Below, piece by piece: positions 11,301 through 22,542 of a stretch of DNA of 64,000 nucleotides (positions are counted from its first letter, which is position 1; each line of letters opens with the position of its first letter). Both the position numbers and the translations under genes were made by a program. The stretch covers positions 76,870 to 140,869 of the forward strand of contig QPMI01000649.1 in the NCBI GenBank assembly GCA_004431415.1. The letters run 5' to 3'. This stretch comes from Cyanophora paradoxa CCMP329 (lineage: Eukaryota > Plantae > Glaucophyta). A model generated the notes under the pieces. The model saw nothing but the letters and a program-made list of their open reading frames with translations, did no database searches and was not told where the DNA came from.

Positions 11301-14300
11301 CCTCTGCGCCCTTGGCGCCGGCGCTCGGCTGACCGGGCGGCAGCTGCTGGGGGGCGAGGGGGCGAGGATGCCCCCAACCCCGAGGGCGGCGCCGGCCTCG
11401 CCGCGCTGGGCGCCGCCGCCCCGCGCCCCGCCAACGGCGCCACCGCCCCCGCCGCCCCGGCCTCCGTCACCTCGCTCGCCCCCGCCCGCCGCCCGCCCGC
11501 CCCGCCCCGCCCGCCGCGGCCGCCGCGGCCGCCGGGCCGGTTTCGGGCGAGCGCGAGCCGCCGTCGCCAGAGGCCGGGCCCGCCGTCTCCCCGGGCCCGG
11601 GCAGGGCCGCCCCCCTCCATAGGGGACATCGAGGCCCTCCCTTCGTTCGCCCTGCCCGTCCGCCAGCCCCCCTCGCCATCGCCCGTACCCCTCGAGGCCG
11701 GCCCCGAGCCCGAGCCCGAGCCCGAGCGTGAGGCGAAAGCCGAGTCCGAGCCGGGAGGGCGCCTCAAGGCGGGCGGGGCGGGGCCCTCGGGCCCCCTGGA
11801 GCCCCCCGCGCCCTCCCCCGGCGTCGTCTCCTCCCCCGCATCCTCCGCGGCCTCGTCCCCCGCCTCCGCCTCCTCCTCCTCGGGGGCAGCCCGCGCGGTA
11901 CCCCCCAGGCCGGGCCCTCCCGCTCCCCGCCCCTCCCGCCGCCCGCACGCCCTCGCCCGCCCTGCCCGCCGCCGAGCGGGGCCCCTCCCGGCCCCGCCCC
12001 GGCCCGCCCTCCCCGCAGCCCCTCGAGCCCTCGCCCTCCCGCACCCCGCCGCCGCCTCGGGCTCCAGCTCCTCGGTAACCCCCCGCAGCAGTCGCCGGCC
12101 CATCTCGACGCCGCGCCGGCCCCCGCGGCAGCGAAGGCCTCTCCCCCGGCGCCTCCCTCCGCGGCCCCTCCGGCCGGTCTGCCCCGGGCTTCCTCCGCCT
12201 CCGCGTCCCATGGGCCCCCTCCCACTCCGCTGCGGCCGCCCCTGCCCCGGCTGCAGTCGCCCCAGCAACGGCGTCCGCCCCCGCCGCAGCGCCTGCAGCC
12301 GCCCCCCACGTCCACGCCCATGCGCCCGCGCGGGCCGCTGCGGCCCGGCCGCCCGCTCCGGCTCCTGACCCGGCCCCGGCCCCGGCCCTGGCCCCGGCCC
12401 CGGCCTCTGCCCCTGCACCAGCCCCGGCCCCAGTCTCGGCTCCGGTCCCGGCCCCGGCCCAGGCTTCTGCGCGAGCCGCCGCCGCCGCCCCCGCCTCGGC
12501 CCCCGCCCCTTCGGAAGGGCCGGCGCCCGCCGCGGCCCCGGCCCCCGCCGCGGCCCCGGTCGCCGCCGCGTCCCCGGCTCCGGCGCCCTCCCAAGCGCCT
12601 TCTCAGCCCCCGGCGCCAGCTACGGCCACCGCCCCCGCTCCAGCCCAATCCCAGCCCGCCGCGGCACCGGCTGTCGCTGCAGCACCCGCCGCGGCCGCTG
12701 CTGCTGCTGCGGCGTCGGGGCCGGCGGCTGCTGCGCGGGGCGCGGGGCGGCGGCGGCAGTGGGACGTGCGGCGGCTCCACCTGACCCTCGAGATGGTCGC
12801 CCACGAATCCCCCGTCACCGCCGTCGGTCCGCCCTCCAGCCCCCTGTCTTCTTCTTCTTCGTCGCTGAGCCGAGCCGCCCGCCCGCCCGCCCGCTCGCCC
12901 GCTCGGCCGCAGCTGTCGCGCCGCACGGGGCGGCGGCGTCCCCCGCGCAGACCTCGGCCCCCGCCGCCGCCGCCGCCGGCTCGGGACTGGGGCAGCTCTA
13001 CTCCGGCGCCGCCGACGGCACCGTCTCGGTGAGGGAGCTAACAAACTAATCTCCGTAGATAGCCGTTAGCCAACCGAAAGAGATAAAAAAGCGGCGCGCT
13101 GCATACAGCACGCACCCGCTCGCTCGCTCGGTCGCGCCGCCCCGCGCCCTCTCCCATTCGTCCGATCCCCCCGCTCAGCTAGCTCCCCGCGCGCGCTCAG
13201 GTGTGGGACGTGAGCCAGCTCGCGGGGGGGCCAGCCGCCGTCCTCGAGGGCCACTCGCGCCCCGTCCGCGCCCTCGCCCTCGCCCAGGCCCCCAACCGCT
13301 CCAGGTTGGCCCCGCCCCGCCCCCGCTCCCATTCCCCGCCCCGCCTCGTCGCTTCCGAGACGAATGCCCGCGCGCCCGCCCGCAGCCCGCTGCTCTTCTC
13401 GGCCTCGGCGGACCGCACCGTCCGCGCCTGGGGCGGCGGCAAGCCCCTCAAAAAGGCGAGGACCGAGAGCGCGGGGCGCCGTCCCCGCCGGGCGCCTGCC
13501 TGCTGAGCCTCGGACAGCTGGAGGGCCACGCGGGGGACGTGAACGGGCTCGCCCTCACCCCCGACTTCCTCTTCTCAGCCTCCCACGACGCCACAGTCAA
13601 GGCACGGCGCCCGCCCGCCCGCCCCCTCGGCCGCGCTCGGAGCTCCCCCGCTGAGGTCCCTTGCTTCCGTCAGGTGTGGGACCTGCAGACGCTCTCGGCG
13701 GTGAACAGCCTCCCCGCCCACTCCGATTTCGTCCGGTCCGCCCCGCCCCGCCCTCCACCCCGCCCTCCGCCCCGCCCCGCCCTAAGGGGGCCGGGCCGGC
13801 GGCAGGTGCGTGGCGGTCTCGGCGGACGGGATCCTCTTCTCCGGCGGCTGCGACAACTTCGTCAAGGTTCGAATCCGCTCGCTCGCGCCTCCCTGCGCGC
13901 GCGCGGCTCCCGGCCCTTGTCGGATCCGACCCGCCCCTCGACCCCCGCGCAGGCGTGGGACATGCGCTCCTGCGCCTGCATCCACACGCTCCAGGTGCGC
14001 CGGGCGGGCCCCGCCCTCCCGCCCCTCCCGCGCCGAGCGGCCGGTAGGGCCACGCCTCCCCGATCCACGGCCTCGTCGTCCACAACGGCTTCCTCTTCTC
14101 CGCCTCCGCCGACGCCTCCGTCAAGGCCCGCCCGCCACCCTCTCTCTCGGACGAGAGCGGCGCTGCGTTCTCACGCCTCGGGGGGCTCGCAGGTGTGGGA
14201 CCTGAAGACCTTCGGTCAGGTCCGCGCCACGAGCCGGCCGCGTCCTGCCCCCCTCCCTCGCTCGCTCGCGAGCGAGCGACCGTCCTGAGCGCCGCGCCGG

Positions 14301-14698
14301 CGCGCGGGCGGGCGCAGGTCTACACGCTGACGGGCCACAAGGACACGGTGCACGCCCTCGCCGCCGTCGACTCCGGCTCCCTCCTCTTCTCTGCCTCTTG
14401 GGACGGCTCGGTGCGCGGCGCGGCGCGGCGCGGCGCGGCGCGGCGCGGCGCGGCGCGGGTCCCCCGCGGTGCGAGCTCGAGCGGGGCGGGGCGGGGCAGG
14501 TGCGGGCGTGGGACGTGCGCTCGCTCCTCTGCGTCAACGTGCTCCAGGACCGGTGCGCGGGGGGCGGGCGCCCGACGCGAAGGGGGCTCACGGGGCCCCT
14601 CGGCGCCGCGCAGGAGCTTCGGACAGGCGAGCATCGCGGCAGTGGATGGGTCCCTCGTCACGGGCGCCGGCGACGGCTCCCTCCGGATCTGGTGCTGA
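8358..14698 (+). CDS. TRIM-like E3 ubiquitin ligase: RING + 2 B-boxes + coiled coil + long P/A linker + C-terminal WD40 repeats; multi-exon
   Basis: RING [27 protein letters not shown]...CPQCR. B-box1 CERC...CHECLKLLCDTCSMKIH...H. B-box2 CRKH...YFCETDGTPACSECVAAHFGH. About 7 WD40 repeats (GHSRPVRALA...LFSASADRTVRAW; GHKDTVHALA...LFSASWDGSVRAWD). Stop TGA 14696-14698. Confidence 0.8.
14413..14458. repeat. (GCGCG)n pentanucleotide microsatellite in an intron
   Basis: About 9 tandem copies of gcgcg in a WD40-region intron. Confidence 0.85.
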
Positions 14699-15655
14699 GC
14701 GCGCCCCGCCGCCCCTCGCGAGCCGCAGGCCCGCGCGACGGCATTATTACTATGTAAAGCACTTGATTACATTTATTAGTGATAGAGGAATTAAGTAGTT
14801 TGTACGTAACTGCTATTGCATTACATCACATGTAAGACAAATTCGAATTCATGGTCACAAATCAAAAAGAGACTATATAAATATTAATATATTTATGAAG
14901 ACGATCACATGCCCGCGGCCGCTGAGCGGCGCTAGCACATGCATATCATAGTATGTATTCTCAAGGAGGATCACGGACTCGGCGGACTCTCGGACCGTCT
15001 CCGGTCCAGTCTCCGAGCTAGAGAGTCGACGTCCGGCTGCAGCCTGCAGCTCAGTGCAGCTGTTACAAGCTTAAGTTCATTTAGTGTTACATGCACACGG
15101 CCGCGGCCGCCGGCCGGGTATTTGCCAAGTGGCCTTGGCATGGCCGGGTACCGGTATTAGCCAAGAAGCCCTAGTAGCTAGGCTAGTAGCTAGGCGGGTA
15201 CTACCGTGGTACGCGGGATACAGTATGCAGTACGTACCACGTACTATAGTACCGTAGTACTTTAGTGGTACTAGCACTGATCCGATCACTCTGAAATGAG
15301 TCTGAATCGGATCGACTGGCACTCCTAGTACTTTGTATCCGAGCGTCTAGGAGGCTAGGAGACTCGCGGCGCGATATATATATACAGTCACTAAGTATCG
15401 AATCTACTATCGAGTCCGGGAATCGCAAAAAAAGAACCACTGGTACTAGGCGCCGGGTTGTGGCTACTTAGTACTTAGTACTTCTAACTAAGTAACAAGT
15501 TGAGCTCGAGGTAGTACGGAGGTACCCGCCGGGCCGCGACACTTCGGATCGGAGGTACCTTGTACAACGATCCCGTCGCGAATTCGAATGCTGTCCTGTG
15601 GTGATGTTCGGCGGGTGTTTATTTAGACGTTTACCCACCCACCGTGAAAGACGTG

Positions 15656-16159
15656 CAGTGATGTCATCATAATAGGTCCCCCAAAATCGTCATCATTATC
15701 ACATCATTATCACCATCATGATGATCATTTTGATATCACAGGGAAGGGGGTACGGACGCGTCATCAGACACCTCAGTGCCCTTTCTGCGCTGTAGAACCT
15801 GCTGTTTTGGAGCAGAATCGTGTTTTTAAGCATACCAATGCTGGATTAAAGCATCTGGGGGTCCAAATGACAAGAGATCATGAGAAATCCACCCAGGGTG
15901 ACGACCTGGGGGTACATGCATAGTACTGCCGAGGCGGCCAGAGGCTCTCCAGAGCCTCGAATAACATTCTTAACATTACCAGAAGCTGTTGATGTGTGAT
16001 ATAGCACTGTACAGAGCACTTGGAAAGGCGAAAGACGCGAGTTGAGGGGTCGTGATGTCACCATTATGATGAGCGTGATAGAGGGGGGTCCCGTATCATG
16101 ATATCAAAATGTGATATCACATCATTATCATTTTTATCATTATCATGATGCCATCACTG
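15656..16159. mobile_element. Non-autonomous hAT-like DNA transposon (MITE, 504 bp)
   Basis: TIRs cagtgatgtcatcataata / tatcatgatgccatcactg (19 bp, 2 mismatches). Perfect 8-bp TSD AAGACGTG at 15648-15655 and 16160-16167. Subterminal catcattatca repeats; no transposase. Confidence 0.88.
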
Positions 16160-16690
16160 AAGACGTGCATGCATGTATGATGTATGCTAGCGCTAGCGCT
16201 GGCCGCTCGATTCAGAATACCCCTTTCAGACACAGTTAATTTGACGAGCTAGTGGGTTACCCTAACTTTGTACCCATCCAAACTTGTGATAGTACATCAA
16301 AGTATACGTATGTGCGACGCCGCCGACGCGGCGAATCGCGATCGATCCAAAGCCGATCGATCCCCGTCGTCTGGTACTGCTGTCTAAGAGCCTGCTGGCC
16401 CTCTAGATCTACTACCGTAGTACTAGACTACTAGTACTTCAGTGACGTGTGAGTCGGTGTGACTACTACACTGACTAGTAGTAGTCCCGTGACTCCCGTC
16501 ACTCCCGTGTGACTAGTAGTACACCGATATATATATAATTAATCGTGATGATAACCGGCCGCGCCCCGCGGCGGGCCGCCGGCCCGGCGGGCCGCGCGCC
16601 GCGGCGCGCGGCGCCGGCGCCCGGCGGCCGTTCGTAATAACTCCCGGAAGGCCGGATCCGGAGCTCGAGTCCGAATCATGAATTTACGTA

Positions 16691-16941
16691 CTGTAAACGT
16701 AGAAATTTTCGTCGAGACTTAATTTCGACAAAACCCGAAAACCGTGACGAAAATATATATATATATATGGTTCGACAGCATCATATTTTCGTCAGCCCCA
16801 GGATCCGGCCATAGACGGGTCAGCCGTTAGTACCCCTCTTCATACAAAATTTCAGTTCAAGAGTATCAAATATTCGTCAAAGTGCAGGTCTGACGAACAT
16901 AGACGAAATAAAGACGCTGTCGAAGATTCCTACGTTTACAG
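16691..16941. mobile_element. Non-autonomous TA-TSD DNA transposon (Tc1/mariner/pogo-type MITE, 251 bp)
   Basis: TIRs ctgtaaacgtagaaattttcgtc / gtcgaagattcctacgtttacag (23 bp, 3 mismatches), flanked by TA at 16689-90 and 16942-43. Internal gacgaaa/tttcgtc motifs. Confidence 0.82.
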
Positions 16942-17952
16942 TACGCGCGTACCGTACTATACTATGATACCGGTAGTAGCTACGGTAAAACTTCGTATCA
17001 TAGCTATAGTGCTGCTGCGCCAGCCTGCTGGTATAGCCTTGAGTCCCTTGACTCACTTAAGTTAGTAGCCGCGCGCGGCCCGCGGCGCGGGCCGGCCCGG
17101 CCGGCCGCCCTGGTATAGGCCCAGGGCTGCAGCCTGCAGCTGCCGACTCGGCGACGCCGTGACGGCCGGTCTTAGGCGGTCTAAGCCTTGAAGCGCGCGA
17201 CCGTGGGCCCTCTGGGTCTGATCAGCAGCTGCAGATTCATCGCCGAGTCGGATATCAACTTGGCAATACAAGCTTAAGAGCGCGCGAGCCCACCGCGGCA
17301 TGCGTAGTTATCAGGCCCCACGCGGCCACAACCCCTGGGTATTTGCGCATGCATCGCTTCCAGGCTCCATGATCCAGGCCTAGGGTCGCTTCCACTCAGC
17401 GCTGAGCCGCTGAGCGCCGCTTTATTTCCGAAGGCGAGCGTGTGCCTTCTGTAGTAGTGCAGGCGGCAAGCTCGATACGCATATATATATATACGCCGGC
17501 GCCACCGACGCCACCCAAAAACAAACGGCTCCTTGGGATTCGGGACGCGTGTGCCACGCGTTACCGTGGCCGCGGCCCGCCTGCAGAGTTTCATACTCAG
17601 CTACATTTGCGAATTAAGGTGAGCTCCCATAATTTCTCCTTGAAAGCTTCAGTGTACATTCTTCATCTTATGCTGTACATGAATCTCGAAATGTGACATA
17701 CCAGCAGCTCGTACCATCACCCTCGTTCAGACCCGTTCGTTCGCTATCGAATGGTGGCTTCCATGCAGACCGTACCAGAGCCCGACTTCATTCTCGTCCA
17801 AAGGCTTGCCAGGAAAGTCGAGCACTGTTGCAGGTCTGTTTTGCACTTGTACTGTAAACCGTAATTATTCTTTAGGCTAACAGAGGACACGGATACGACG
17901 GGCAGCCCGAGTCTCCAGCTCTTCTCACCGGTTCCCTACATCACCACCAGAA

Positions 17953-20900
17953 ATGAATGGGGGAGGCCGGTCTGCATCCACGAGAGGTGCGTTGAACTTT
18001 TCGAATTCGCTCCACGACATCTCAGCTGTTGACATCTATCACGGTCGGGCCTTCAGAGTGTACAAAAGCAGGAAGGTTTGTGAATTTCCCTATGTGCACA
18101 TTTTTGGATGTGAAAGTCACCAATGGCGTTTTTTTCATTCCAGTATCGCTTGCGGATCGCACCGGGCGCGGATCGACCGAAATGGATCGGCAAAGAGCTG
18201 AATTTGGAGCTCAGTCGAGGCGGTGCGCGCTTGGGCCAGCTAGCTGTTCTGATTCGCACACGAGTGTCGCCTCTTTCCGGCTTCCGCGCTCATATGATCA
18301 GGGTCTCCCGCCATGTAGACTCGTCTCTAATCAGCCCACATGTATATATATATACCACGCTTCCCATCGCTGAGGGCTTACTTGCATTCCTACCGTCCCC
18401 GCAGATGGCGGGGGCGCCTGCCACTCGAACTGCTGCGGAAAGGCCGTCCAGTTCCCGTTTCGGGACGAGCGCGGCGTTGGGTCCGACCGCTTCGTCTCCA
18501 CGGTCGACCGCTTCGGGGAGACGGTGCGAAATCTCTTGCGCCTCGGGCTTCTGGATTGAAACTGCTCAAAGCCTTCGATTATTTAAATAATGAGAACTTA
18601 ATCTAGCATTCTTCTGTGAGCTCACTCGCGCTCCAGGGGTCATTCAGCCTCTCGGCGTGCCGCAACTGCCACCGCTCTGCCTGGCTCCAGCTGCGGGTAA
18701 CCTGCCCCGCCGAGTCCGAGGCGGAGCAGCCCATCTGCAGCATTCGGATGCAGATCTTCTCCCGGCCCCTTCCCAGCCACACGTCGGCAGAGCAGGGCCC
18801 GGGCGGCCCCAGCGTGGAGCAGGAGTGCAGTGACCCTGACTCTGAGTCGGGCGAGAGCAGCCCGAGGGCATCGAAGCACAGGGCCCGTAGTCGCCGCAAC
18901 AGCCTCGACGGCGCCGGACCGGCGCCGGGCGGCCGAGACGCCCGCCTCGCTGGCGGCTCGAGCCCGCGGGAAAACCGCCAGCGCTCTGCAACGGCGTCCT
19001 CGCAGCTTTCGTTGGCACCAGCAGCGCAGCGCGACGCGCGCCGCTCGCACGAGCTCGAGTCCAGCCGCCATCGGAGCTCGAACTCGAGCCTGCCGGCGCA
19101 CCACGCGGCCGGACGCCGCGACCAGCTGCAGCTGCAGCCGGACGCCAACGCCCAGCATCACGCGGCTGCAGCGCTCAAACGGAACGGGGCGACGTCGGCG
19201 CTGCTGCAGCTGCGCTCGCAGCCGGCGGGCGCAGCCCCCGAGGCTCGCCCAGCCGCCGGCGGCGAGCCGGCATACAACGGCTACGGCGGCCCGTACGCCC
19301 ACGGGCAGCAGCACGGACCGGCGCACGGCCAGGGCTATTGGCAGCACCCCCAGCAGGCCCCGCAGCACCCGCACCCCCAGCAGCAGCCTCAGGCGTACCC
19401 CAACCACTGGGAGTCGTCCCAGCAGGGGTACCCGCCCCATCAGTCATTCCCGCCCCAGCAAACCCATCAGTCATTCCCGCCCCAGCAAACCCAGCAGGAG
19501 TACCCGCCCCAGCCAGCCCAGCAGGGGTACCCGCCCCAGCCAGCCCAGCAGGGGTACCCGCCCCAGCCAGCCCAGCAGGGTTACCCGCCCCAGCAGGGGT
19601 ACCCGCCCCAGCAGGGGTACTCGTCCCATCAGGGGTACCCGGTCCAGCAGGGGTACTCGTCCCAGCAGGGGTACTCGTCCCAGCAGGGGTACCCGGCCCA
19701 GCAGACGTACTCGGCCCAGCAGACGTACTCGGCCCAGCAGACGTACCCGACTCAGCAAGGTTACCCGACTGCGGCTCAGCAGGGATATTCTGCCCAGCAA
19801 GGGTACGCGTCCCAGCAGGCGCACCCGGCTCAGCAGGCGTACCCGCCCCAGCAGACGCATCCATCCCAGCAGGTGTACACGCCCCAACAGGCGTACCCGC
19901 CCCAACAGGGGTACCCGGCCCAGCAGCAGTACCCGGCGCAGCAGGAGTACCCGGCCCAGCAGGGGTACCCGCCCCAGCAGACCACGCAAGGGTACCCGCC
20001 CCAGCAGGGGTACTCGGGTCCAGGGCACGCCCCGGCTCAGAGCCCTTACCCTCCTCAGCCGAGCTACCCGGCGGCCAGCGCCTACCCCACCACCTCGCAG
20101 CCGGCGCCCCCGCCGGAGCCGGCACCGTACCCGTCGACGAACACGACGCCGTATTCGCCCTACCCCTCTGCCCGCGACCCTTCGAATCCGCCCTCGCACG
20201 GCCACCCGTGGCCCTCTCCCACCGCCCCAGCCATCAGTGGTCAGCAGCAGCAGCCGCAGCCGCAGCAGCCCGCCCCGTACCCCCCGGCGCACGCTGCCCC
20301 GCCGCCTCCCCCACCTGCCCATCATGGCTACCAGCAGCACCAGCCGCCGCCGCCGCCGTCGCCGTACCCTCCCCAAACCTCGGGCCCCGCCCACCCATCC
20401 CAGCACAACGGCCAGCACGCGCAGTGGCAGGCGGCTCCGCCCCCGGCCCCGGCCCCGCCCCCGCCACTGCCGGCCCGGGCCGCCCGGCCTCCCTCCAGCG
20501 CGCAGGGCCCCGCGGCGCCGCGGGCGGCGGCGGAGCGGCTCCTGCTCGAGGCCTCCTCAGCCGGGGGCGCCCTGCTGCAGGGGGCCCTGGACGTCCCCCC
20601 GGGCACGGCACGGGGGCCAGCGGGGGCGGCGGCCCCGCGCACCGCACCGCCTTCCCCCGCACCTCCTCCTCCGGCTCCTCCGGCTCCAGCGGCGCCGCCG
20701 CCCCGCGCCCGCGCCCGCGCCCGCCGCCGCCGCCGCCGCCGCCGCCGCCCCGCGCCGAGGCGGAGGCGGCGAGGCGCGAGACGAAGAAGAAGAAGAGGGG
20801 GCCGCCGCCCCCCGGCGTGACCGGTGGGCCCCCTCCTCGAGCCCGCCGCCCCCCGTCTCCCCCTCCGCTCTCTGACGGGGACGGGGCGCGCGCAGCTGCC

Positions 20901-21215
20901 GTCGGCGCAGAGCCGGACCCGATGCCGCGGGGGCGGGCCGAGGGGGAGAGCGCCAGCCCCCCTCTCAAGCGGCCCAAGGCCTGGCTCACGAACATCCTTC
21001 AGTCCGACGCCGCCCGAGGCCCGAGGCCCGACGCCGCCGCTGGCGGCGGCTGCGGGTACGAGGAGGAGGCGCGCCTCGATATCGAGGCCCCAAAATGGCA
21101 GGCGGCGCCGGCCGCGGCCCCCGCCGCGTGCGCTAGCGTCGCTCCGGCGGGCGCCGGCGCCGCCAGGACCTGGGCTCCCACGCCTTGCGCTTCGAGGGCA
21201 GCCAGCGCGCGCTGA
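17953..21215 (+). CDS. Hypothetical protein: N-terminal Cys/His-rich globular domain + long Q/Y/P/G low-complexity region (putative transcription regulator); multi-exon
   Basis: Phase-consistent exons give [36 protein letters not shown]...[24 protein letters not shown]...[23 protein letters not shown]...[11 protein letters not shown]. Then QQGYP repeats and basic NLS-like KKKKR/PLKRPK. Stop 21213-21215; 3' exon structure uncertain. Confidence 0.65.
19420..20015 (+). repeat. Coding 18/27-nt tandem repeats (QQGYPP / QQGYPPQPA)
   Basis: Repeated cagcaggggtacccgccc units and variants. Confidence 0.9.
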
Positions 21216-22024
21216 ACCCTTCCTTACTAGTTCTCCACCCCTAGAGTTCCGTACGCGTTTCGGTTCTTGGTAGTACTGGTGTGCTGTTTGCTGACAACTT
21301 TAGTGCCTTCTAGTGTGCTATTTGCTGCCAACTTTAGTGCCTTCCCAACTTCAGTCCTTTTCGGAATTGTTCCACTTATTCGCAATATTAATGGTACCTG
21401 CATTCCGCCATTTTCATGATCAGCTGCAAATTGTCGCGATATCGATTGATTTAGAACGTAGATTTGGATTGCTCGTCTTGTCATTTGCATCTTTCCCACC
21501 GACGAAGCTGCTGTACATGTACATACAAATTCAAGCGGGAAAGTACGCTGTCGGTTTCTCTGCGTTTCGCGGGAGCGCGATGGGGTGGGGAATCGCACTG
21601 GGGATCCGGATCCGGGGCTCTAGATCTCGCGGGTTCGCAGCTTGCGCTGGCCATGCATATGGCCATGTTCGGCTCGTCCGGCGCGCAGGGCGGGAGGCCG
21701 CCCCCAGGCCTGCATGCGCGCGCGCTCAGGTGAGGCGGGGGGGAACGGATGGAGCGGGGAGGGCGCCCGCCGCGCGCTTGGCGAGGCGCTCGCCGAGGAA
21801 CTTCGGAGGCTTAAGACACGCGACTCGGGGGCCGCCGGGCACCGCGCGCGCGCGCCGAGCGCCACCGCAGCGGCTCCCCGTCGCCCGCGTCCGCGCGCGG
21901 CGGCCTCGACCTTCGAATTCGCGCGCGCGCAGTCGCACTCGCAGGGGGCCTGCAGCGTGCCGCGGCCGCCAGCTGCAGGCGCGCCCTCCCTCGAGCTCTC
22001 CCGCGGCCGCCGAGCTCGAGCGCT

Positions 22025-22085
22025 AGCGCTAGCCGGCGCCGGCGCTGGAGGCGTGCGCTAGCCGGCGCCGGCGCTGGAGGCGTGC
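22025..22085. repeat. About 30-bp direct repeat x2 (gcgctagccggcgccggcgctggaggcgtgc)
   Basis: Two adjacent copies upstream of the LRR gene. Confidence 0.75.
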
Positions 22086-22542
22086 GGCTCGCCGCGGCGG
22101 GCGAGGGCCCAGAAGCAGAGCTGCGCTGCAGCTGCCGCGAACGCCGCGCGCGAGGAAGCGCAGGGCCGAGCACTGCGCCGCGCCGCGGCCGCGGCCGGGA
22201 AGAGCTTCGAATTCGCGAGCCGCCGCGCTCGGCCCCGCGGCACAGCTGGCGGCACTGCCTCTGCGGTGCGCTCGTTGCGGGCCAGACTCTTTCGAATTCG
22301 AATGGAGCCACTAGAGCTTGGCAGGCCTAGGCGCTGGGCGCGGTCCGATGAGCTAGAGCTCTCGGGGAGCGATGCTGGAGCTTAGCTGACCTCTGCTGGG
22401 GCCTTGTTTCATCCGACCGTCTGCCCCGGCTTGCAGTTCCAAGCCTGAAAGCCCCGTAAAGGGGGTACAACCGGATAGGCCAGCTGCACCGAGTCAAGGC
22501 GATCAAAAATCTCGGTTCGATCAGCAGGCGGCGAGCACAGCA

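Noticed and set aside
16253-16266. Telomere-like gggttaccctaa
   Set aside because: Single unit, not an array.
14760-17700. tRNA, snRNA or rRNA genes in the AT-richer gap
   Set aside because: No cloverleaf with A/B boxes or recognisable snRNA/rRNA signature by eye; a covariance-model scan is needed to exclude them fully.
17751-17952. Upstream ATG (MVASMQTV...) as the start of the QQGYP gene
   Set aside because: Splicing from this frame is out of phase with the next exons and meets a stop; more likely 5' UTR with an intron or uORF.
21313-22330. Separate gene between the QQGYP and LRR genes
   Set aside because: No recognisable domain or consistent exon chain; the texture matches palindrome-rich intergenic DNA.
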